Below are positions 1 through 9,245 of a stretch of 21,426 bases of DNA, one piece after another. This stretch comes from Octopus sinensis (lineage: Eukaryota): NCBI RefSeq assembly GCF_006345805.1, contig NW_021823697.1:1-21426 (forward strand), in the 5' to 3' direction. Position numbers and translations under genes: made by a program. The notes beneath the pieces are model-generated. The model was not told the DNA's origin, searched no databases, and saw only the letters and a list, made by a program, of their open reading frames with translations. The stretch's first letter is position 1. Each line of letters begins with the position of its first letter.

Positions 1-146
1 AGTAGAAACGGTTGTTCTAATGAAGGAAGGTCGTGGGAAGAGTGTTTTTTTTATTGGCCAGGTCAATGACCGAAAGACGAAAATAGCAGTCATGTATTCA
101 GATACATCCAAATGTAATTGCACACCAACACACCAGCACACTTGCT

Positions 147-154
147 TGACGTCA
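147..154. promoter_or_regulatory. Full CRE palindrome TGACGTCA (possible CREB/ATF site)
   Basis: Exact 8-mer seen; no promoter context established, could be chance. Confidence 0.2.
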
Positions 155-221
155 GACAAACGGGTGGACAATTAAAGCTACGATACAAGCCAGCATGTTT
201 CCTTTTGCAAGCACATACGCA

Positions 222-223
<2 letters not shown>

Positions 224-256
<33 letters not shown>

Positions 257-268
257 ACACACACACAC
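224..268. repeat. (CA)n microsatellite
   Basis: Direct reading. Confidence 0.97.
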
Positions 269-349
269 TGGCACAATAGTAAAAAAAAAAGTGAAATTTA
301 AATTAAAAATAACAAAAATAAGAAGCATTTTTATTGTTGCATTCTACAC

Positions 350-510
350 AACAAATTTTGTAGTGTCTTGGGAGAGACATTACACCAATATTAATAACGT
401 GTGCACCAGTTCATTTCCATTCCTTTATTATTAGTCAGTTGGTTAAATATCTGTCCAACTAACTAATCGATCTGGTGTAATGACTCTCACACGACACAAC
501 AAAATTTGTT
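350..510. repeat. Inverted repeat pair, 38-bp arms (350-387 / 473-510), with inner 12-bp hairpin (431-442 / 455-466)
   Basis: Outer arms match 34/38 as reverse complements; inner arms 11/12. No TSD found. Confidence 0.85.
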
Positions 511-566
511 TCATTGTTTACATTATTTACATTCGACGGATATTTGTCCTCATCTTGTTTGTTGTT

Positions 567-609
567 AACACGTTTCGGCTGATATACCCTCCAGCCTTCA
601 TCAGGTGTC
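567..609 (-). ncRNA. Second, inverted hammerhead motif copy (3-nt deletion near the cleavage site)
   Basis: Minus strand GACAC-CTGATGA-A-GGCTG/CAGCC-GAAAC-GTGTT; perfect stem II but lacks 3 nt present in the other copy. Confidence 0.6.
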
Positions 610-730
610 TTGGGGAAATTTCGAACCTGGGTTCTGGAACCACTACACCATATGCCCGTGGGCATATGATGTAGTGGTTAAGCGGGGTACTAACCCCAAG
701 ATTCTGAGTTCAATTCCAGGTAGTCACCTG

Positions 731-763
731 AATAATAATAATAATGATGATAATATTAATAAT

Positions 764-829
<66 letters not shown>

Positions 830-835
830 AAGAAT
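731..835. repeat. (AAT)n then (AAG)n microsatellite inside the fold-back element
   Basis: Direct reading. Confidence 0.95.
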
Positions 836-886
836 AACATCGAAAAATACCTTAGGAATGAGAACCCAGGTTCGAAATTTCCCCAA

Positions 887-932
887 GATACCTGATGAAG
901 GCTGGAGGGTATATCAGCTGAAATGTTGTGTT
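887..932 (+). ncRNA. Minimal type I hammerhead ribozyme motif (degenerate)
   Basis: GATAC-CTGATGA(892-898)-A-GGCTG/CAGCT stem II-GAAA(920-923)-T-GTT-GTGTT; stem I GATAC/GTGTT; loopless palindromic stem III as in Penelope dimeric HHRs; two C>T changes at CpG relative to the inverted copy. Confidence 0.7.
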
Positions 933-1241
933 AACAACAAACAAGATGAGGACAAATATCCGTCGAATGTAAATAGTGTAAATAATTCTTCATCTCTTGA
1001 ATAAAGAACTGGAAAATTTGTTTCAACACATAAATTCATTTTTGTATTTGGTTCGATGTAACAAATATATTAAAACAGGTGAGATAGATTAGGATTACAA
1101 AGAGGAGAAGAAACGTTCATCCTGTCCTAGAGAGAGGATCTTCTGTGGGTTGCAGTGTTCTTTGCTTCCAGGTGTGTGATGCTCCATGGTGAGGCAGATA
1201 CGCTTGTTACTGAGAGGTGTTTAGTGACCAGGTGTGTTTAA

Positions 1242-1829
1242 CCCTTTAGTTTTTAAACTGGCCATATCCGGCCCAAATATTCTACATGTTTTGCATTCAA
1301 ACTGGCCATATCTAGCCTCTCACACCTAACCTACAGTGACATTCTAAAAATAAACAATCATGGTTCCGGGTTCAGTCCCACTGCGTGGCATCTTGGGCAA
1401 GTGTCTTCTGCTATAGCCCCGGGCAGACCAATGTCTTGTGAGTGGATTTGGTAGACGGAAACTGAAAGAAGCCTGTCGTATATATGTATATATATGTGTA
1501 TATGTATGTGTGTGTGTGTTTGTGTATCTGTGTTTGTCCCCCTAGCATTGCTTGACAACCGATGCTGGTGTGTTTACGTCCCTGTTATTTAGCGGTTCGG
1601 CAAAATAGACCGATAGAATAAGTACTGGGCTTACAAAGAATAAGTCCCGGGGTCGATTTGCTCGACTAAAGGCGGTGCTCCAGCATGGCCGCAGTCAAAT
1701 GACTGAAACAAGTAAAAGAGAAAAGAGATATCATTGAAACCTCAAAGCTATAACATAATGCATGATTAATTCAAAACAATTTGAGTGAAAAAGTATTACA
1801 TTTAATAGAGAAATTTGAACACCAAAGGG
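1242..1829. mobile_element. piggyBac-type MITE interrupted by a SINE
   Basis: TTAA TSD (1238-1241, 1830-1833); termini CCCTTTAG...CCAAAGGG; subterminal AAACTGGCCATATC repeat; homologous uninterrupted copy at 18788-19010. Confidence 0.85.
1361..1727 (+). mobile_element. tRNA-derived SINE, family B (5'-truncated), with internal TA/TG repeat
   Basis: Near-identical to 19128-19477; B-box-like GGGTTCAGTCC; AAAAGAG tail. Confidence 0.9.
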
Positions 1830-1900
1830 TTAAATGTCAAGTCGTGGGTTGGCCCAAAAAATGGAACCCCCCCCCCCCAAAAAAAAAACCCAGCACTCTG

Positions 1901-1972
1901 TCAGTTAGGAAGATAAAGGTTCCAGTTGATCCCGTCAATGGAACAGCCTGCTTGTGAAATTAATGTGCAAGT
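1901..1972 (+). mobile_element. Fragment of another dispersed repeat (probable SINE body)
   Basis: Recalled as a common octopus repeat; single copy in this window, so not confirmed here. Confidence 0.45.
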
Positions 1973-1973
1973 A

Positions 1974-2019
1974 GGCGCAGAGGTGGCTGTGTGGTAAGTA
2001 GCCTGCTTACAAACCACAT
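1974..2019 (+). mobile_element. SINE family B head fragment
   Basis: Matches 19080-19128 (GGCGCAG..TGGCTGTGTGGTAAGTAGC..ACCACAT). Confidence 0.8.
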
Positions 2020-2050
2020 ACTGTTTCTGGTCTTGGGTGGTATGCTTAAT

Positions 2051-2285
2051 AAAAGGCGACGAGCTGGCAGAATCGTTGGCACGCCGGGCGAAATGCTTTG
2101 CGGTATTGCGTCTGCCGTTACGTTCTGAGTTCAAATTCCGCCGAGGTCGAGTTTGCCTTTCATCCTTTCGGGGTCGATAAATTAAAGTACCAGTTACGCA
2201 CTGGGGTCGATGTAATCGACTTATACCTATGTCTGTCCTTGTTTGTCCCCTCTGTGTTTAGCCCCCTGTGGGTAATAAAGAAATA
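2051..2285 (+). mobile_element. tRNA-derived SINE, family A, full-length monomer
   Basis: Head GGCGACGAGCTGGCAGAATCG, B box GAGTTCAAATTCC; flanked by direct repeat GGTATGCTTAAT (2039-2050, 2286-2297); homologous to minus-strand copies at 9246, 13239 and 14748. Confidence 0.92.
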
Positions 2286-2705
2286 GGTATGCTTAATCCT
2301 TCACTCAGTTTAACGTGACCTGGCCCTTGGGTCATCTTAATGTAGTCCCCTTTGTTGCAAGCATGTAAATCAGGTCCCTCTGCTGAAGGTAATATTCTCT
2401 CTTCCTCCTACAAACCTTGAAGATACCTAAAAAGGGTCAAGGGTTGCTACCTTTACACCCTACAGCTTTATCCTCACAATGACCTTGTACATAACACAAC
2501 TATAACAAGGTAGGAGGTTTTGGATTCTTCAAATGTGATTAGTTGGGATTAAGGTCAATAGAACAGCAGCTTAATCTCACAGGCATTGTGACCTTGTGAC
2601 CCTGTAACCTCAGACATGTAAAATTATTTAAATCCTACCTTCTTAACAAAAAAAAAAATTCTTTTGTTATAAACATTTAGGTTTACTCATCACTGGAAAT
2701 AGTAA

Positions 2706-2781
2706 CAATAATAATAATAATAATAATGGTGGTGGTGGTGGTGTGGTGGTGGTGTGGTGGTGGTAGTGGTGGTGGTGGTTG
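2706..2781. repeat. (AAT)n + (GGT)n compound microsatellite
   Basis: Direct reading. Confidence 0.9.
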
Positions 2782-3150
2782 TGATGTTGAAGAATTGTCA
2801 GACAAAATTTTTATCCAAGTCACTGAGTTGTCATAAAGATGATTCAACATACACATTTGTGCATGCATGAATGATTATATATATATACTTACACTATATG
2901 TATATATATGCATACACAAATATATATATATATGTATACACAAATATATATATACATATATAATAAGAATAAATAATAGCTTTAATGGTTTTTAAAAAAA
3001 AACAATTATTTACTGGTAGATTTTGGCATGTAAATATAACCATTAATGGTAGGAACTTCTATAAAAGTTCAATATATATTTTGTATATTTCTAATTTTTT
3101 CGGTATGTGGCTAAGCAACCTGTTGCCTGGCTTTTTATATATATATATAT

Positions 3151-3203
3151 CCAACCCGTGCTAGCACGGAAAACATACGTTAAATGATGATGATGATGAT
3201 GAT
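3151..3203 (+). mobile_element. RTE-type 3' tail fragment with (GAT)n
   Basis: CCAACCCGTGCTAGCACGGAAAAC..GTTAAATGATGATG matches 10838-10888. Confidence 0.8.
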
Positions 3204-3204
3204 A

Positions 3205-3236
<32 letters not shown>

Positions 3237-3238
<2 letters not shown>

Positions 3239-3342
3239 CAGACTGGAGTCTGGTGCAGTTCCCCAGCTTGCCAGCTATGGTCAAACCATCTAATCCAAGC
3301 CAGCATGGACAATGAAAGTTTGATGGTGGTGATGATGATGAT
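3237..3342 (+). mobile_element. Older RTE-type 3' tail fragment
   Basis: ATCAGACTGGAGTCTGGTGCAG...CCAGCATGG...GATGATG aligns with 10782-10888. Confidence 0.75.
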
Positions 3343-3636
3343 ATACATATGATAAATATATATAAGTTGCTATTTCTAATAAGCCAGGTGACCACAAAGA
3401 GCACCTCTGTTGTCTCGTATAGAACATGTATTTTTAATGGAAGTAACTCAACAATGTTCAGGTTAACTGGCAGGAACTAACAAAGCAATATGTATATCTG
3501 AAATAAGAAAATGAGATTACAAAGGAATACACAATTATCTTACGAACTTCATTAGCTCACAGCTGTTTCTGCTATAGGATGCAGTGTCTGATGAACACCT
3601 TATAGCTTCATTGGAGTAAAATAATATCTATTATAT

Positions 3637-3853
3637 CTGCTTTTCAAACTTTTTGCTGAAGCGGAACCCCAAGGAAACATTCCACTGGCTCGGGGAACCC
3701 CTGTGCAATAATTTAATTGTCTTATGCACACATATCTGCACAGGAGAATTAAAAATTACTGTCGATTTTAGCATTTTTGTAACTTCTTGCGGAACCCCTG
3801 GACTGTACTGGCGGAACCCTAAGGTTTCGCGGAACCCTGGTTGAAAACCACTG
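3637..3853. mobile_element. hAT-type MITE
   Basis: Right end reverse complement CAGTGGTTTTCAACC; left end CTGCTTTTCAAAC; 8-bp TSD TATTATAT/TATTATGT (7/8); five (G/C)GGAACCC subterminal motifs. Confidence 0.8.
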
Positions 3854-4290
3854 TATTATGTAAAATCCGTTCTGTCTGTGTGTGTGTCTTCTAGGATCTC
3901 AGGTGTCTTGCATCCGGTTGCACTCAAATTTGATATATAGATACCGACGGTATCAGGGTGTGTATAAGTCTTGAAAAAATCACAAAAATCGATTCCAGGT
4001 GAGAATGCGATCGATAAAGCTGTTTTTGTCTTGCTTTTCTTCCGTCAACCTGTACATAACTGCACCTTCCATTTTTTTGTTGTTTTTGTACTGATTAAAG
4101 GCACGTTTCTTTCCTGCCAAGCTTACTGTTTAAACCATGTTTGTGTTCTCCCAGTCTACAGACTTATCATTACTGGTACTTTAAACTCTTATGTTGCATA
4201 TCTGTGGGGAAAAAAATCTTTTTTCTTTGGAATAGAAAAAAAGTCTATCTTTATTTCTTCTTTTGCTGGTGTCTCAAATTTAGGTTAAAT

Positions 4291-4350
4291 CAGTGTTTCT
4301 CAAAGGAGAGGCCTATGGGACGGTCGGACAAGTTGTTTTGAGAAAATTTG
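4291..4350. mobile_element. 60-bp hAT-like micro-element
   Basis: CAGTGTTTCTCAA ... TTGAGAAAATTTG (10/13 TIR match); 8-bp flanks GGTTAAAT/GTTTAAAT (7/8). Confidence 0.5.
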
Positions 4351-4605
4351 GTTTAAATGTTTGACAACGCAGCGCCGTCCATTGGACGGGGTGGGGTGGG
4401 GGGGGGTTTTGCTCGTATATGAATATGAGGTTAATACTGAAAATAATGCAAAATAAACACAACTTTTTTTTATTCATTGATATAGGTGGTTCAAATTACA
4501 CATATTTATAGAGTAACCCTTTCTCTATACAAAGATGCTACTCAACATAGTCTCCATCACAAGCATTGCATTTATGCCATTACTGAATCCTACACTCAAA
4601 TCCTC

Positions 4606-4608
<3 letters not shown>

Positions 4609-4679
<71 letters not shown>

Positions 4680-4688
4680 CCACACACA
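4609..4688. repeat. (CA)n(CT)n compound microsatellite
   Basis: Direct reading. Confidence 0.95.
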
Positions 4689-4794
4689 CTCCATTCATAC
4701 ATATTGTTTTCATATAGAGATGCTTCAGTGTTAGGTTATTGTTATTTCTTATTAATTATTAATTTTTAATATTCATGCAGAAGCTCATCATATG

Positions 4795-4998
4795 TATACA
4801 TACATACATACATACATACATACATACATACATAATATATACATACATACATACGTACATACATACATACATACATACATACATACATACATACTATATA
4901 CATACATACATACATACATACATAAATACATACATACATAAATACATAAATACTTACATACATACATACATACATACCTACCTACCTACCTACATACA

Positions 4999-5029
<31 letters not shown>

Positions 5030-5101
5030 GTACGTATGTATATATGTATGTATATATGTATGTATGTATGTATATATGTTTTTTTTATATATATGCATAT
5101 A

Positions 5102-5170
<69 letters not shown>

Positions 5171-5172
5171 TA
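4795..5172. repeat. (CATA)n switching to (TATG)n, then (TA)n
   Basis: Direct reading; source of several spurious ORFs. Confidence 0.97.
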
Positions 5173-5530
5173 TATTGTTAAATATTTCATGAAGCACTTA
5201 GAATAGATTTACCTTAGTTTACTAACATATGAAGTTATTTTCTTGACTGGCACACTTATGTGTACAGACCTCCTAATATACAATGCATTGGGTTCTTTGT
5301 GAGTTTATTAATTCATAAATTTATAACTATAGTAGTTGAGCTCTTTAAAAGCCTTAAATTAGCTTCTTATGAAAGATATTTTCAAATCGACCCCATTGAA
5401 TGAATAATACATGTTGTATGAGGACTGCTATCTGACCCTTGCTATAGAAAACATGCTACAGAAACGTCTCTCTTTGTTTTTCAGCTCACGAGACAAAAAC
5501 AACTCGTCAAAATTATGCATAGTTTTTGGA

Positions 5531-5700
5531 ATTATTAGGAGGAATTACAACCGTGTTTCATGGTCTGCTACCACAACAGCTCCTTTATAGGATCCAATTA
5601 GCTCAAGACATCATCAGGAGGAACCATGTCCGGTTTCGACCCCTACTCCTCTACCGTTTTGACATGGCGGGGGCCCCCCCTTTCGGAGGTGTCTTCAGCT
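5531..5700 (-). mobile_element. Putative Penelope-like terminal repeat remnant with tandem HHR-like cores
   Basis: Minus strand CTGAAGA(5698)..GTCGAAACCGG, CTGATGA(5617)..ATGAAACACGGTT, CTAATAAT(5538); ~80-nt period; stem I not convincing. Confidence 0.45.
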
Positions 5701-6050
5701 CTAGTGTTGGGTGCGGTTATTACCATATCTGTTTTTATGGAATAGCTCCTGTTTTCCAAGTCTGTTTCATTTTTATTTTCTTAGCTCTGAAATCATTAGA
5801 TAATTCTTGGAGTTTTATAGAATGGATACGTCTCAATTTAGTGGAAATTCAAATGTGTTCTTCACAGGCACGTGTATAGAGAAACTTTGTATATGTACAC
5901 ATGCATCCATCTGTTTGTTCATCCAATCATCCCTCTGTCCATCCAACCGTCTGTCTGTCATCCAACCATTCATCAATCTATCTATGTACATAGGGCTTAT
6001 AATGGATATCCTTCCTAAATGCAAACACTTTACAGAATATACCTTTTATC

Positions 6051-6110
6051 TTTTATCTTGTTTCAGTCATTGGACTGTGGCTACACTGGGGCATCACCTT
6101 GAAGGAATTT
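6051..6110 (-). mobile_element. SINE family B 3' tail fragment
   Basis: Reverse complement of the GCTCCAGCATGGCCGCAGTC..TGACTGAAACAAG tail. Confidence 0.7.
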
Positions 6111-6126
6111 TTGTCAAATGAACCAA

Positions 6127-6365
6127 CTTTATTTTATGTTGCTCCAGTTCACTCAGCTGTAGAAATGAGTTGCGACGTCACAGGTGCCAAGCTGTATCGG
6201 CACCTTTGCCTTCCCCTTGGATAACATCAGTGGTATGGAAAGGAGGGAAGGCTGTTATGCATGGGCGACTGCTAGTCTTCCATAAACAACCTTGCCCGGA
6301 CTTGTGCCTGGGAGAGTAACTTTCTAGGTGTAATCCTATGGTCAGTCATGAACGAAGGGGGTCTC
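6127..6365 (+). mobile_element. 5'-truncated SINE of another family
   Basis: CORE-like CTCAGCTGTAGAAATGAGT motif, GC-richer than flanks, ends at a microsatellite; family recalled from octopus genomes, not verified. Confidence 0.55.
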
Positions 6366-6369
6366 AGAA

Positions 6370-6481
6370 CACACACACACACACACATATACATACATAC
6401 ATACATACATACATGCATACATACATACATACATACATACATACATACATACATACATACATACACACACACATACATATA

Positions 6482-6512
<31 letters not shown>
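6370..6512. repeat. (CA)n/(CATA)n microsatellite
   Basis: Direct reading. Confidence 0.97.
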
Positions 6513-7283
6513 GTTATGGCTGCCCCCTCATTATCGAGTATGGCCATTGCACGAAGCTTAACTGTTATTGGTACTGTGATCGAATGTGACTTTTTAGCCC
6601 AGCTAAAGATCTACAATGTTTTGTACAGAATTGGCAGCTAAGACCTTATACATGCATACATACATACATACATATATTATATACATACACATGTGTGTGT
6701 GTCTGTGTACTTTTATGCACATATGCATATACTGCACTCTTGCATATTTGTTCTTCTTCAAAGATATTTGCTGAATAAACAGTTTTAAAATAAAAAGCAG
6801 AGAAAAATATTTTTATGGTGTTATTTATAGAAAGAAGAATCTTTTTATTTATTATTTTTTTCTCAGAAATATTCATAAAACAAGAAATAATATTTTAGCA
6901 ATAATGTAAAACTGATTAAGACAGAACAAAATTTTGTGAATTGGCCAACAAAATACTTTTTGGCCATCACCCCAACCTTCACTACTATCACTTTACTGTA
7001 ACATACACCACTACAATCGACATCAAAGATTACTACCATTCCTATGACCACCACCACCACCACCACCACCTCTACAGATGCCACTATTACTACTAACACT
7101 ACAAACACCACTGAGATCATGATGTATAGTATCAATATGCCTGCAAAGAAATCTTTATGTGGTTGCTTTGCTTGCAAGAAATAGCAGCCAGATTCCTTCA
7201 ATTCACTCTGCTGTTTTAATCCTTTAGAGTTTTAATCATCCATATCCAGCTTAAATTTTCTTTTTTTTTTATCGTTTTTATCA

Positions 7284-7475
7284 TTTTACTTGTTTCAGTC
7301 ATTAGGCTGTGGCCATTCTGAAGGGACTGTCTTGAGCTTTCAGGCAAACAAGTTGACCCCAGGATTTATTCTCTTTTTAAGCCTGGTACCTGTTCTATTG
7401 GTCTATTTTGCGAAGCTGGTATGTTGCAGGGACGTAAACAAACCAACACCATTTGTCAAGTGGTGTTGGGGATAA

Positions 7476-7529
<54 letters not shown>

Positions 7530-7555
7530 ACAATTGGCTTCTTTCAGTTTGGTCT
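7284..7555 (-). mobile_element. Diverged SINE family B copy with internal (CA)n
   Basis: Reverse complement aligns to 19230-19460. Confidence 0.8.
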
Positions 7556-7682
7556 CTGGTATACAATCTGGTGTGAGAGTTGTGGCTAGCATGTCTTTGA
7601 TTGGAAGTCAGCTCAGTCGGGGACTGACCTTGGGCTAAGCAATAGCACCAACGCCATCTCCACCATGAAAAATGCTAACATC

Positions 7683-7762
7683 GCCACCACACCACCACCA
7701 CCACCATCACCAACAATCTCATCAACATCACCACAACCACCACAAACACCATCACCACCCTA
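7683..7762. repeat. (CAC/CAT/CAA)n low-complexity trinucleotide tract
   Basis: Direct reading. Confidence 0.85.
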
Positions 7763-7864
7763 ACAACATCACCTCTTCTGCTACTACGGCATCTGCTATA
7801 CCTGCCTCACACTCACCACTACATCCCCCACCCCCCAGCCACATCCACATCCTACCAGTATGGA

Positions 7865-7872
7865 TGCTGCTG

Positions 7873-7904
<32 letters not shown>

Positions 7905-7977
7905 GCTGTTGCTACTGCTACTGCTGCTGCTACTACTACTACTACCACTACCACTACCACTGCTGCTGCTGCTGCTG

Positions 7978-8020
<43 letters not shown>

Positions 8021-8058
8021 CGCTGCCGCTGCTGCTGCTGCTCCTGCTGCTCCTGCTG

Positions 8059-8102
<44 letters not shown>
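7865..8102. repeat. Interleaved (CTA)n/(CTG)n trinucleotide array
   Basis: Direct reading; yields poly-L/T/A/V pseudo-ORFs. Confidence 0.95.
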
Positions 8103-8103
<1 letters not shown>

Positions 8104-8348
8104 TCATATATTCATATATATATAATGTCTGTTCTAAGTATAGAACTAACCGACTGCCAGTGATGGCCAAACTTCACCAAAATCACAAGAATATTGTTAG
8201 GTTCAAATTTCTCTAATTCCTATATTTAGGAGTGTGGATGTGTATGTGTGTATGTGCATATAAATGTATGTGTCTGTGTGTATGTGTATGTATATGTGTG
8301 TGTACACACACACACACGCATGCACACACATGTATGTATATAAATATG

Positions 8349-8417
8349 GGTGCAGGCATGGCTGCGTGGTTGAGATGCTTGCTTCTCAACCTCATGGTTT
8401 TGGGTTCAATCCTACTT
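8349..8417 (+). mobile_element. tRNA-like SINE head (family B-related)
   Basis: GGTGCAGGCATGGCTGCGTGG (A box) ... GGGTTCAATCC (B box). Confidence 0.7.
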
Positions 8418-8423
8418 CTCTCA

Positions 8424-8977
8424 TGGCTGCTGATCTTAACTGATTGGAAGTGTTATCATGTACATTGTTTTGTCTTGGTATAAAAGATGGGCTACAGCAA
8501 ATATTCTGCTCAATACCACAGATTTGCTTATCAGTTGTTTGACCTTAACCAGTTGAGCATGTCCCTTAGTGGCTGACACTTTGTGCATCTCTGATCACGA
8601 GCAGAAGCAGTGGGGGAGCACCATAGCCGTGTGTTGAAAGGAATTCTTGGAGGTTTGGATAATTCACCTTTGGAAACATGGGTGGTTCGTTTAACACCCT
8701 TAAACAATCCTTATTCAGGGACCTTTTGAGCGGAATGGGCTATTCGACCAGAAGAAAATTCTAACTGGGCCCCACCTGCAAGGTCATGTGCTGTTTATCT
8801 TGATATGAGATTACCATGTCGTGCACATATGGTTGTTATGCATGTGCCTGGTGTACCCTTATCAGACAGGTAGTCATGATGGGTATATTGGGCTTTGTAT
8901 ATTTTACCCCAGTGTCACTTTGATGGCATGCACTGCTCTCTCACTCAATAATAATGATAATAGTAATAATAATAATA

Positions 8978-9026
<49 letters not shown>

Positions 9027-9045
9027 TGATGATGATGATGATGAT
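8424..9045 (+). mobile_element. Dispersed repeat ending in (AAT)n/(GAT)n, probably a non-LTR retroposon 3' part
   Basis: About 8500-8655 has a diverged reverse-complement copy at 11122-11282; simple-repeat tail from 8947. Confidence 0.7.
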
Positions 9046-9233
9046 TTCAAATTTTGGCACAAGGCCAGTAATTTTGGGGCAGGGGTAAGTTAATTACATT
9101 GACTCCAGTACTCAATTGGTACTGATTTTATCAACCCTGAAACCTCAGTGGAATTTAAATTCAGAATGTAGAGACAGACAAAATACCGCTAAGCATTTGC
9201 CCGGCATGCAAAAGTTTCTGACAGCTTGCCACT
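9046..9233 (-). mobile_element. Diverged SINE family A copy
   Basis: Reverse complement aligns to 2055-2200 with an internal deletion. Confidence 0.8.
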
Positions 9234-9245
9234 TTAATTATAATA

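Larger units (their letters stand above)
513..986. mobile_element. Fold-back non-autonomous element: tRNA-like head + (AAT)n/(AAG)n linker + Penelope-type HHR tail, with a partial inverted copy
   Basis: 513-635 is the reverse complement of 861-986 (5 transitions, one 3-nt indel); central 20-bp hairpin 638-657/660-679; A box TGATGTAGTGG 667-677; B box GTTCAATTC 708-716. Confidence 0.8.
3627..4415 (+). mobile_element. Non-autonomous Helitron-like element (with nested hAT inserts)
   Basis: Removing 3637-3861 reconstructs A|TCTATTATATAAAATCCGTTCTGTCTGTGTG (Helitron-like 5' TC end); 3' hairpin CCGTCCA-T-TGGACGG (4375-4389) followed by CTCG|T, one mismatch from CTAG|T. Confidence 0.6.

Noticed and set aside
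5-76. CTAATGA...GACCGAAA hammerhead-like words at the window start
   Set aside because: Core is mutated and no consistent stem I or III.
1172-1188. Possible 17-nt plus-strand microexon (TTCTTTGCTTCCAG|...|GTGAGG)
   Set aside because: Good-looking splice sites but frame-shifting length and no neighbouring exons identified; needs RNA-seq.
4486-5197. ORFs rich in YIHT/MYVC
   Set aside because: Translations of (CATA)n/(TA)n microsatellites.
5526-5879. 117-aa plus-strand ORF and upstream acceptor-like site at 5484
   Set aside because: TTG start, no recognisable domain, all frames from the acceptor hit stops; the antisense HHR-like words suggest a repeat origin.
7672-8216. Poly-His/Leu/Thr/Ala/Val ORFs
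   Set aside because: Trinucleotide arrays open in several frames on both strands with no splice or domain support.
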